Shown here: positions 48,377 to 59,818 of the stretch, piece by piece | Layout of the letters: every line of letters starts with the position of its first letter | Numbering within the stretch: the stretch's first letter is position 1 | Assembly (NCBI GenBank): GCA_002269645.1 | Contig: NIVC01003753.1 | Location: 14,842 to 78,841 of the forward strand | Length of the DNA stretch: 64,000 bases | DNA from: Macrostomum lignano | Taxonomy: Eukaryota | Direction of reading: 5' to 3' | The notes under the pieces: model-generated | Told to the model about the DNA's origin: nothing | The model's database searches: none | What the model saw: only the letters and a program-made list of their open reading frames with translations | Made by a program: the position numbers and the translations under genes

Positions 48377-51300
48377 ATGAAGCCAACAGATTTGCTGTTG
48401 CTGCCTCTGCTACTAGTGGCAGCCTGCGCCGCAGCCGCAGCGGACAAGGGGCCGGCGCAACTGGAGCTCTTGGAGCCGGCGGGCGGCGCGGGCGCCACCT
48501 ACGCGCACCGGTACCGACCCGGTAGTTACTTCGGCTACTCGGTGGCCGCCTACGCTGATCAGGGCATTCCGTACGTCATCGTTGGCGCCCCTCTTGACTA
48601 CGTGAGCAGCTGGCGAGATGAGCCGAACGGCGACAGGCGGATCGGCCGGGCCTACCGGTGCGAGCACCGCCGCGTGAGCGGCTGGTCGTGCGAGCGGACA
48701 CCGTCGGCTTCGAGGTCGTCTAACCGAGCCGAGTACAAAGGCATGGGCCACGTAGAGCCCGGCTCCCGGGCTGGCCAGTGGATGGGCGCCGCAGTGGCGG
48801 CCACCAGCGTCGGCCGGGACGGCTACTTCAGCGCCTGCGCGCCCAGATTTGTCAGCAAATCTGGCGTAGGCGGCGACGACGCCTGGACAGCCATCGGCGA
48901 GTGCCTTGTGTACCCCGGTCTGAGCCATCCGTATCACGTGATCAGCCCGTGCAACCGCTCCTCCCTGCCGGCGGCCGGGCCCGGCGCCGATCCCGGCCAG
49001 TGCCTGAGCGGCTTCAGCTCCAGCGTGCTGGGCTTCAAAGACGGCCGGGACTCGGTTTTGTACTTCGCCGCCGGACTGCCCGGCTGTCACGACAGCAACG
49101 GCGAGCTGTACGTTGGCCGGTTCGTTAATCGGAACTTCACCGGCGGCTGGACCTACAGGCGTCCGTCGGGCATCGAAGCTCTGCTGGCTGGCCGGAGCCG
49201 CTCGCTCTACCTCGGTCAGGCGGTGCAACTGGCCGAGCTTGTCCAGCAGCGGCCGGGCGACTCCTCCGGAAGACATTCGAGGCGTCAGCGAGCGCCGCAC
49301 CTTCTGGCTAGTCGGTCGGTGTGGATTGAAGCCAACTGGAAGGGCGCGGTGACCGTGATGGACGTGTTCATGGCTGGCGAGCTGCACGTGAAAGACGCGC
49401 TGGGCAGCATCGGCGACGGCTTCGGCTACAGCCTGACCACCGGCGACATCAACGGGGACGGCTACGGCGACATCGCGGTTGGAGCGCCGTACCATTCCAA
49501 CAGCAGCGGGTCGCGGGTCAACTCCGGCCGGGTGTACATCTACTACGGCAGCGGCCGGCCAGACGGTGGCTACTCGGTGCGCCCGGAGCCCACAGTGCTG
49601 GAGGCGGCCGAGTGGAAGACCGGACGGTTCGGCCACTCGTTGGCCAACGTCGGCGACGTGGACGAGGACGGTTTGGACGACTTGGCGATCGGCTGTCCGT
49701 ACTGCGGCCCGGCCGGCAACGGCGAGGTGCATGTGTTCCTCGGCCGGCGCGGACGTCCAATCAGCCGGAGGCCGCACCAGGTGCTGCGCGCCGAGGATCA
49801 CACGCTGGACGATGGAACAGTGCTGAGTGAGTCACCGGAGGGGCTGTGGGGCGGGGCTCCTTGATTGGCTGCCATGCTTACTTCGCTTGGTTTCGGGTGT
49901 GAGGCTGTGTACATTGCTGACCCCAATCTGTTGGGGCTGGTGTGAGGCTGTGTACATTGCTGACACCAATCTGTTGGGGTTGGTGTGAGGCTGTGTACAT
50001 TGCTGACCCCAATCTGTTGGGGCTGGTGTGAGGCTGTGTACATTGCTGACCCCAATCTGCTGGCCGCTCTAATCTCTAGCTCTTGGAGTATGTACATTAA
50101 AATGAACACTTCCAACTTTAGAAAAGGTTTCACGCTCTCCATTCGGTAATTTTGAATGTTAGTTAGAAAATGCTTAAATCAAACACAGTTTCCTAGCAAA
50201 TTTATACTCTGGGGTGAATTTGTTATATACTATCTTCAAGTACTCGTATATATGCACCGATTGCACTATACACTGTAAGTCAGCCCAGCACCAAATCCGG
50301 CAGCTGGCGATCCTCGATTATTTCTCGCACTCGTCTCTCCCTCCGTCCATTTCTTGCCCGACACCCCCTTTCGGATGATGATGCAGGAATCTGGGCCTTG
50401 TTAAGGGGGGGGCAGTGCTGACCGGGGACGGGCGCAAAGATGCGAATCTCGAATTCAAGGGCGGGGGGCGATGATCCTGTATGGCATGGGGAAGCAACAG
50501 TGAGGGCTGAACAAGCCTGCGAATCCTCATTGATTGGCATCAGAGCATTTGGCCACTGTTGGCGCCGTTCCTCCCTCTCCCCCCTCTCTCCCTCTCCACT
50601 CCCACTCTCACTATTTTTCTCTGCCAGATTCGCCGCGTGTCGCAGATGGTTGCCATTTTTGGTCGGCCGAAGAAAGCCTGCGGACCATTTTTGCGGCAAC
50701 CTAAAAATTCTCCTTTTTCAAACCCTCCTAGCTATAGTTGTGTTGTGTTCTTTCAACTTTTCTGCGCACGCGGTAAAAGGCAGGCAGGGTGAAAATTCAA
50801 GTACACAATGAACAAGCGGTAGCTATGCACAATTGTCACAAAACTATTCGTTTGATCCTGTTAGAAATTGGTAAACACCGTTCTGTGAATGCTGCTGCTG
50901 CTGGTGTTGGTGAAAGTTCAAACAAGCAGTCGAATACAACCGATGGTGCAAGATATTCTATTCTATTCAATTCTATTCTATTCAATTCTATTCTATTCTA
51001 TTCTATTCTATTCTATTCTATTCTATTCTATTCTATTCTATTCTATTCTATTCTATTCTATTCTATTCTATTCTATTCTATTCTATTCTATTCTATTCTA
51101 TTCAATTCAATTCAATTCTATTCCATTCTATTCTATTCTATTCTATTCTATTCTATTCTATTCTATTCTATTCTATTTTATTCTATTCCATTCTATTCTA
51201 TTCTATTCTATTCTATTCTATTCTATTCTATTCTATTCTATTCCATTCTATTCTATTCTATTCTATTCTATTCTATTCTATTCTATTCTATTCTATTCTA

Positions 51301-54300
51301 TTTCATTATATTCCATTCTATCCTTTTCTATTTATTCCTAGCCCGCCCCCTCTCAAGAATCCAACAAAAATTAAACAATCTGAATAAAGAATAATATTAC
51401 ACTGTAGTAATAATGATAGTAATAGTAATGGTATTAGAAATAATAATAATAGTTGGGGGCACCCTGGGGAAACGCCTTTGCGTTTGCGTACGGAACCGAA
51501 CCAAAGGTTTTTGTGCCAGAGTCGGACGCGTTCACCTCTGAACTGCTCTGCTCCCACGATCTGAACTACGCGGTGCAATCCGACACCGAAATGCCATGGT
51601 AACCGCCGAGATGCGGTGCCGAATCGAATCAAATTGGAACAGCTGTGCCCCCCTCCCTGAATAGGAAAGTTCAGTGCAAAGGGCATCGACAGACATTCAA
51701 AATCCTAAGGGACTTTTATGAAAGATGGATGGGTGGAATGGTCCTCGGAGATCCAATTCTGAAGTTCCCCGCAAACTTCTTAGACTTTTGCCAATGCAGT
51801 CTGAAGTGGGCTCGAAGAGGTTAGGGTCTCCCTCCTGTTGTCTGCCTGTCTCCTTTATCTCTCTAATTGAAATGCTTTCTTCCCTTTTTACTTGATTATC
51901 CCATTTTGTGCCACTGTAGACAATATAAATATTCTGTATCTATAGAGATATGGCTATTTAAGAGCAGGATTAAGAGCAGGAAGAACAGGATCATCGGCAT
52001 GGAGGATAAGTTTGGGCCGGGCACAATCAGTGCGCTGGAATTCCTTTTGATTTGGCGGCCTTGTCAGCCGGAAGAAGCTTTCATTGGGAGGCCAGGGGAT
52101 CTAATTACGCATAGAAAAAACCCAGGGACAAGCATCTCCCACCCTGTCACTCAACCTCTCACTCTCCCATAAACTCGCTAGCGGTGCGTGCCTTCCCCCC
52201 CCCCCTAGTTCCCCCCCCGATTCTCCTCCCATCGAGCAGAAAAACCATCGCATATCCCCACAGACCCCTGCCTACATTTGCAGCAGCAATAACCCAGTTG
52301 TGGAAGCAGAGCACCCCCTGGACTCAGCGTCAATTGCCTTTGGTCCAGCGCAGTCCTCAAACTGTACCCCCCCATCCCACTCGAGAAGCAGCCCTCGCTT
52401 GTGTCAGCTCGGCTTAGCAACTACATGTAGAAGAGCTCTGACGCAGAGGAGAAGCGGACGCTTTGATCGCGGCGCTTTTAGTTTTGCCCAAGCCGCTGCA
52501 AATGCGGTTAAGCTATCGCCATATATGTGAATGTATATTTTATATAAATGCATTTTGCATATAGGCTGAGGACAAGTTCGACAAGACTACGGATTTTTCA
52601 GCTAGGCAAGATTTGAGATTAGTTCGGTCGGGACAAGTCGTGATGATAGAATTGATAAGAGATTCTTTAAAACTTCCTATCAACAACTAATCGAAATTGG
52701 TGGCAGATTTTTATTTTGTGAGAAGTTTCGGCTTTCAAAAGTTTTTGATTTGCGTCAGTGCTCAAAACGCTCTCAAACTGGTTCCTTTCCATGACCTGAA
52801 TTTTTCTAAGAAATGTGAGCCTTCAAAAAGATTTTCAAGAAGCAAAATATTCAGTCCAATCCAATTACCACCCATAGTGGTCCTGGAACAATAATCCAAC
52901 GGACAATAAAAATAATTTTCGCGCGCATTAGAAATTAAACGACTCCGCCTCTTCAGGAGATAATTAACCTTTTCCCCGCGCGCCAGGCGTCGCCCTAGAT
53001 AGAGAAAAAAAGTGCAAAATAAGCGGCGACACCGATAACTCTCGGCCAATTTTTATGGCTTGTCGGGTGGCTTGAAGTCTTTTTTATTGGGATGGGTTCT
53101 GCTGTCCTAGGGTAGCTTCGGATCCAGTTCAAAATCTGTGAAGCTAATAAACTAGCAATTATCAACTGCGAACTCTGCGGAGTTTTATTGAAGTTCTGCG
53201 CTAATCATGCAACTACGAAACTCTCCAAGTTTAGTTTTCAGCCGCTAGAGATAAAATCCACCAGTTCTTATCTGTTAGGTGAACTGGGTCACTGTGAGTC
53301 AATTGGGTCACCGTGAGTCAATTGGGTCATCGTGGGTCAACTGGGTCACCGAGGGTCAACTGGGTCACCATATATACTTTCTGCTGCTTCAACTGGGTCA
53401 CCATATACGAGCTATCCTTTGTGCTGGTTCAACTGGGTCACCGTAAGTCACCGTGGGTCAACTGGGTCACCATGTATCTTCTGTGCTGGGTGAACTGGGT
53501 CACCATGTATCCATTGTGCTGCAGGTGAATTGGATCATCATGTATCCATTGTGCTGGGTGAACTGGGTCATCATGTATCCATTGTGCTGGGTGAACTGGA
53601 TCATCATGTATCCATTGTGCTGGGTGAACTGGATCATCATGTATCCATTGTGCTGGGTGAACTGGATCATCATGTATCCATTGTGCTGGGTGAACTGAAT
53701 CATTATGTATCCATTGTGCTGGGTGAACTGGGTCATCATGTATCCATTGTGCTGGGTGAACTGGATCATCATGTATCCATTGTGCTGGGTGAACTGGATC
53801 ATCATGTATCCATTGTGCTGGGTGAACTGGATCATTATGTATCCATTGTGCTGGGTGAACTGGATCACCATGTATCCATTGTGCTGGGTGAACTGGGTCA
53901 TCATGTATCCATTGTGCTGGGTGAACTGGATCATCATGTATCCATTGTGCTGGGTGAACTGGGTCATCATGTATCCATTGTGCTGGGTGAACTGGTTCAT
54001 CATGTATCCATTGTGCTGGGTGAACTGGGTCATCATGTATCCATTGTGCTGGGTGAACTGGGTCATCATGTATCCATTGTGCTGGGTGAACTGAATCATC
54101 ATGTATCCATTGTGCTGGGTGAACTGGGTCATCATGTATCCATTGTGCTGGGTGAACTGGGTCATCATGTATCCATTGTGCTGGGTGAACTGGTTCATCA
54201 TGTATCCATTGTGCTGGGTGAACTGGGTCATCATGTATCCATTGTGCTGGGTGAACTGGATCATTATGTATCCATTGTGCTGGGTGAACTGGGTCACCAT

Positions 54301-56689
54301 GTATCCATTGTGCTGGGTGAACTGGGTCATCATGTATCCATTGTGCTGGGTGAACTGGGTCATCATGTATCCATTGTGCTGGGTGAACTGGATCATTATG
54401 TATCCATTGTGCTGGGTGAACTGGGTCACCATGTATCCATTGTGCTGGGTGAACTGGGTCACCATCCTTTAATACGCCCGACTAACTCCAAAACTGCAAC
54501 CCTCCGCAGAGCAATTCGGCTGGTCAGTCACCGGGGGCGTGGACATTGACGGTAACGGCTACCCGGACGTAGTCGTCGGGTCGCACAGCAGCGCGGCCAT
54601 CACTCTCTACAGAACTCGGCCAGCTGTCCGGCTCAGCGTTGGACAGGGTGACCTGCGAGCGCCGGACAGAATCGACGTCCGACGATGCGGAGACGGCAGC
54701 GACGTAGGCGACTGTCGAATCCGACTCAGCGGCTCCTTCCGGCTGGCTTGCGGCAGCCAGGTGAACCTGACCGGACGGCAGCTGGATGTGGAGATGCGGC
54801 TGGACTCGGACAGCCGACAGGCGCCCTCGCGGAAGCGACTGCACTGGGCGACGTCGAGAAATGACGTCATTATTCGACGCGTAAAACTCGGCTGCAACGA
54901 GAGCTTTGAGTTCGAGGAGCTGGCAGACATTGTGCCGGCCACAGCGCGGGCCGACCTGGTGACGCCGATTGTGGCTCAGCTGCGCCTGGCGCCGGCCTGG
55001 CAAAGCGCTGATTGGGGGACGCCGCAAGCCGATGGCGCCAACTCCCCAATGCGGCCGGCGCTGCACCCGGCCTCGGACACAGCCGCTGATTTTCCTGACA
55101 TGGAGCCGCTGCGGCCGGAGTGCGGCCCGGACAATGTTTGCCGGCCAGGCCTGCGCCTGCGTCTGCAACGGGCTCGCCTCGGCGAACTCGACGACGATGC
55201 GGACATCGACGACGCATCGAGTGGAGTTGTGATCTACGGCGGCGAGCGGGGCACCCGTGTGCGGCTGCAGGCGCTGGTGGAGAACAGCGGCGAGGCGGCG
55301 CATGAGCCGGTGCTGCGGCTGCGCCTGCCGGCGCGCGTTGACGTCCAGTGGGCGTCGGAAAGCGGCCTCATGGCCGACGAGGTTCGCTGTGGCGAGGCAG
55401 CCGAGTCGGCGGACGTGGGCGAGCGAGTCTTGGCCTGCTCGCTGGGCCGCCAGCTGCCCGGCCTGGCACCGGGGCAAGCGCCGGTCGTCGTCGTCGCCGA
55501 ATTGTCGCTCGGCGCCCACCTGGAGTCCGGCGGCGGAGCCAACTTCACCGTCCATGCCGCGGTCAGCTGCCAGGAGGCGGCTGCGTCGGACGAAGGCACC
55601 AGCAGTGCCGCATCGTTTGACTTTGCGGTCTTCTCTCGGGCTGAGCTGCGTCTTACTGGAGCCGCCGCTAGTCGCGATGTCGTGATCGACGCCAGGACTG
55701 AGGCGGTGACGCCTCAGGCAGGCCGGCGCTACCGCCTGGAGACTCTCGGCGCTCATTTCAACCACAGCTTCGAGTTTTTCAACGCCGGCCCGTCACCGTT
55801 GCTCAACGTCGAGGTAAACCTGACGGTGCCGGTGGAGACGGAGTCTGGCGACACCCTGGTGTACTTGCTGGACAGGATAGCGCTCGCTACTGCTGACCGG
55901 AACTGGGAGCGGCTGACTGCCGCGCCGCGGGTCCTGGAGGCCACCTCGGACCGACAGCTCCGGGGGGCCGCGTGCAACTTCGGCCAGCTCAACGGGCTCA
56001 ACCTGACTCTGTGGCGCGAGGCCGAGACGCTGCCCGTTCTGTTGAATGCGACGACGAAACCGCATCCCGGCGGACGGCAGCGACGCGATGTGGTCGCCGA
56101 GAAGCCGGCGTCTACGACGAGTTCGGCCCTGAAGGTCAAGAAGTCGAGCGAGTCCGGCACCGAGCCCAAGGAGCGGTCGTCGCTATTCGGCGAGTCGGCA
56201 TTCCCGGGTGGCAGCGGCAGGGCGCCGCTCGAGCCAGTCGAGTGTGACGGCCGCTACTCAGACGCGTTCGGCCGGGTCCGCTGCACCGTCATTCGCTGCC
56301 GAATTCCCCGCCTGAACGCCTCAGAGGGAGCGCGCGTTGTTTTTGACGGGCTGCTGTGGGCGGAGACGCTGTTCAGCTACAGGGTGCCGGAGGTTCAGCT
56401 GCGCTCCAGCGTGGTGGCAGCCGCGGCAACCGGACCGTCAGATCAAAGCGTGCCATCGCTGCTTGAGTCACCAGGAGGTCCGGAGTCGTCCGCAGTGTCT
56501 GCCACAGTTGAGCAGTTCTTCTTCTTTCGAGGAGTACCAGCCCGACCGGCCTACCGGGTGCCGCTGGTGGTTGTGCTGGTGGCGGTGCTGGTGGGCCTGC
56601 TGCTGCTGGCCATCATTATTGTGGTGATGTGGCGCTGCGGCTTCTTTCAGCGCAGGCGCTGGTTTGTTGACAAACCGGTGCAGCTCTGA
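48377..56689 (+). CDS. Integrin alpha chain A (no I-domain); exons 48377-49826 and 54510-56689; 1209 aa
   Basis: Signal peptide; FG-GAP repeats (YFGYSVA, FGYSLTTGDINGDGYGDIAVGAP, FGHSLANVGDVDEDGLDDLAIGCP, QFGWSVTGGVDIDGNGYPDVVVGS across the A|AG junction); RQRR furin-type site; TM helix; WRCGFFQR tail motif. Confidence 0.93.
49885..50060. repeat. 43-bp tandem repeat, ~4 copies, intronic
   Basis: Direct reading. Confidence 0.9.
50955..51330. repeat. (TTCTA)n pentanucleotide microsatellite
   Basis: Direct reading. Confidence 0.97.
53275..54465. repeat. 33-bp minisatellite (CATGTATCCATTGTGCTGGGTGAACTGGGTCAT) preceded by degenerate AACTGGGTCAC repeats
   Basis: Direct reading; ends ~45 bp before the integrin acceptor. 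Confidence 0.96.
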
Positions 56690-57310
56690 GACTGAGGCTA
56701 CAAATAGTATTTGGATTAGTGGATGTCGAGGCGTTATGGTTACTTGGGTACCGTGTCATCAGAGGTTACCGAGTCGCGTGATTACCTAGTTACCTGGGTA
56801 CCAATAAACCTAGTTATCGGATTTACCTTGTTACCGAGTTGCCTAGTTACCAGATTTAGCTGGTCGTCAAGATGCCCTATCGTTAAGTTACCTTAGTTAC
56901 CAAGCTAGCTGGTTACCACGAGTTTACCTAGCAGCTAAGTTTAAGAAAAGAAATCGCAGGTGACAAATCCAACAAACAATGAGTGCGCGCATATTCAGTT
57001 CCAGGCCTCGCAACAATCACTTATTGTTGTTATCTGCCTCTGATGGCTTCCTTTTTCTGCTCCAAAAAATTGTGCTCGCCGTTATCTTCCGCCTGCTGAC
57101 ATTTCTGTTTTTGCTTTCGCTGCTCATGTCTCACCGCTGCTCCTCAGTTGAAACCACAGATACTAAAATTCGTAACTTAGATGGCCCACTATATAGAACT
57201 ATGCATGCTTGCAGTTCAGTAGTAAGGAGGGATACGTAAGCTATTTTATAAAAAGAATTGAGCTGAAATGATATTGATAAATTTAGAAGCCAAGTTTGCA
57301 TACGTACGGA

Positions 57311-57600
57311 GGGGGCCGTAGCCCAGCGGTAGCGCAGCTGCTCTGGTGTGCCAGCGACCCAGGCTCGATTCCAAGTGCAGTCACATTAATTTGGGGCTGA
57401 ATTGGAATCTCGGCTTGGCTCTGCTCGTGCAATTAACGGCCTTGAGAGCCAACCCCCCAAGGCGCAGTGAAGTGTACATGCCTAACCAAAAATAAAGTTA
57501 GGGCCGCTGTACACTCCTGTGTGAGTGTGTGCCTGCGTACGTATCCGCGCGCTTGTATGCCTGCTCAGGGGAGTCGGCGGAATGGGCAGTAATGCCTCTC
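57311..57600 (+). mobile_element. tRNA-derived SINE
   Basis: A-box TAGCCCAGCGG, B-box GGCTCGATTCC; tail shared with the 28.8-29.3 kb copy. Confidence 0.65.
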
Positions 57601-58324
57601 GCCGGTTGTGTGCCTATGTCGCTTAAAGTGCGCCACGGTGCACACAACCCCCCTGCCTCTAATAAAAAAATTGCATACGTACGTGTAAACAACTTGAAAT
57701 TGGTGTAGACAGATTGTACACATTAGCCAGCGCCACTGAAATGTACGAGCGTACATGGCAAGGCAATAAAAATCAGGCGGCGGGTTGGGTTGGAGGTTTT
57801 GTGTGGAAAGACGTGGTTAAAGTTTTAAGCTAGGGCAGGGAGGGGTAAGAGCCAATAAATGAGCCTGGTCTTAAAAAATACATAAAAATACTTCTGTTTA
57901 ACTTACTACTGAATTGAAAGTAGCTTACACGAAAATTTGCTGTGTGGCCCATCCATTAATTTTAGTATCTGTGATTGGAGCTGTGAGCACTCATGCTTCA
58001 ACTTGACTCTCTACTGAGACAGTAGTACAGAGTGTATATTTGTCTGTCTGTAATTGAATTGTCTTGATTTCTCTGGCACGTTGATTGCCCGTGTTTTTCT
58101 GCAATGCACCGCTTTAATGCTAAAATACACCTAAGCTGGTGCGTTATTAAACACTTTTTGCTAGCTCAATGTTCTCTGATAAATGTTATTGCGCTGTCGC
58201 AGTAAAACCATATGTTGATTTACTTTTTACTTACTATTTACTATTACTATTTACTACTTACTACTTTTTACTTGTGTAAACTGAATTACTGAATAATTCC
58301 ATGCTTGCCGCAGAACGATTCCCA

Positions 58325-58650
58325 CAGGTTCCAAGGGCTATTCCCCCAGAGCGAATCCCTCAGAGAAATTCCCTCATAAATTTACCAGAACAAATTCCCT
58401 AACAGAAATTCCCCCACGGAAATTCCTTCAAAACAAATTCCCTCACAGAAATTCCCCCACGGAAATTCCTTCAAAACAAATTCCCTCAGAAATTCCCCCG
58501 CAGAAATATCCTCAAAACAAATTTCCTCGCATAAATTCCCTCATTACAAATTCCATCAGAACCGAACATAAATTCACTCAGGACGAATTCCCTCAGAGAA
58601 ATTCCTCAGAGAAGCAGATTCCCCGAGAGAAATTCTCTCAGAGCAATTCC
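58325..58650. repeat. Degenerate AAATTCCCTC-type repeat
   Basis: Direct reading. Confidence 0.8.
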
Positions 58651-59818
58651 CCATCACACCTGCCTAAATCTACATATCCAGCTGCAAACTAACCGCTGCC
58701 AACTCTGCTTAACTTGCCAGATGCGCGCACACTTCAGGATAGAGAAGAAGTTATCAAGGTTTGCCGTCGCTGGGACGCAAAATTACGGAGCCAAATAAAA
58801 GGAAATAAAGCTGGTACATTTATATATTTTCATGATGGCTAGCAGCTTAGCATATAGCGCCTATAATAACATATCGATTTATATATAAGGACAAAGCGTC
58901 GCGGCCTTAATGCATGCTTTAGCTAATTGGAAAATATCGCTTATCAAAAGTGAACACGCACATAGAAACCAACATAGAGACGGGTAAGCAGAGAATTCAG
59001 GAGGCCATTGCGGAAGCTGGCAAGCCGGGGGCCGTCTCGATGCTTTAGGGTAGAGCAAGCTTGAAGGCGAAGTTAAATAACTGACTAAATGGCAGCATAT
59101 GAGAGATGGCACATTATTGTGTTTTTAACATTAATTCCTAGTCAGTTATCATTTGCAAATTATCAATAGAAAACATTGCTGCGATGCTGACAGAGCAATT
59201 TATAAGCGCTTTGCTGCTACAGGGGATTTTCAAAAAGAGATTGCAGAGTTTTTGGAACGCCAACAATTGCTAATCCACTGCTCATTGTATAGCAGAGAAA
59301 TAATTTGTTCACCGATGCTGCTACTAACGAATGCATTTGTCAGTAGCATAGCAGGCATATGCGAAATGGGTGTGCATGTTATACTCGTAAACAGATTCTA
59401 CAAACTAGAAGAATGCTTTGAGATTGAGAGAAGTTCAGGCGGATTTCATGCCGAACAAACACGATTCTGGAGGGAATTTCGATGGAAAATTATCAGCCAG
59501 TTATAACGCAGGGAAGACCGAAAGTAGAGGAGCTTTCTAAAATGATTTTTATTGTTTGAGACTTGCTTGCTTGCTATTGATAATGGGGTGTCTTTCAAGG
59601 ACTACTAACCAGTTTGGAAGTCGCCTTCTTCAACTAATGGGAGAGTTATCCAAGGACCACTACTAATCAGTTTGGAAGAACCGCCTTCACCTATTTTCAA
59701 TCCGCACCAGATAAAAATTTGAGAATCTTTACTATTAGGGAATCGGTAACGCAGGGACGCAAACACGAGCAAACATGTGTAGCAATGACAACAACAACAC
59801 ATGAACAAACAGACAGCA

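Noticed and set aside
48413-49801. 462-aa antisense ORF to integrin A (also 54524-55765 and 22321-23286)
   Set aside because: Shadow ORFs expected opposite GC-rich coding sequence; no motifs.
53500-54549. 321-339-aa repeat ORFs
   Set aside because: 33-bp minisatellite inside the integrin A intron.
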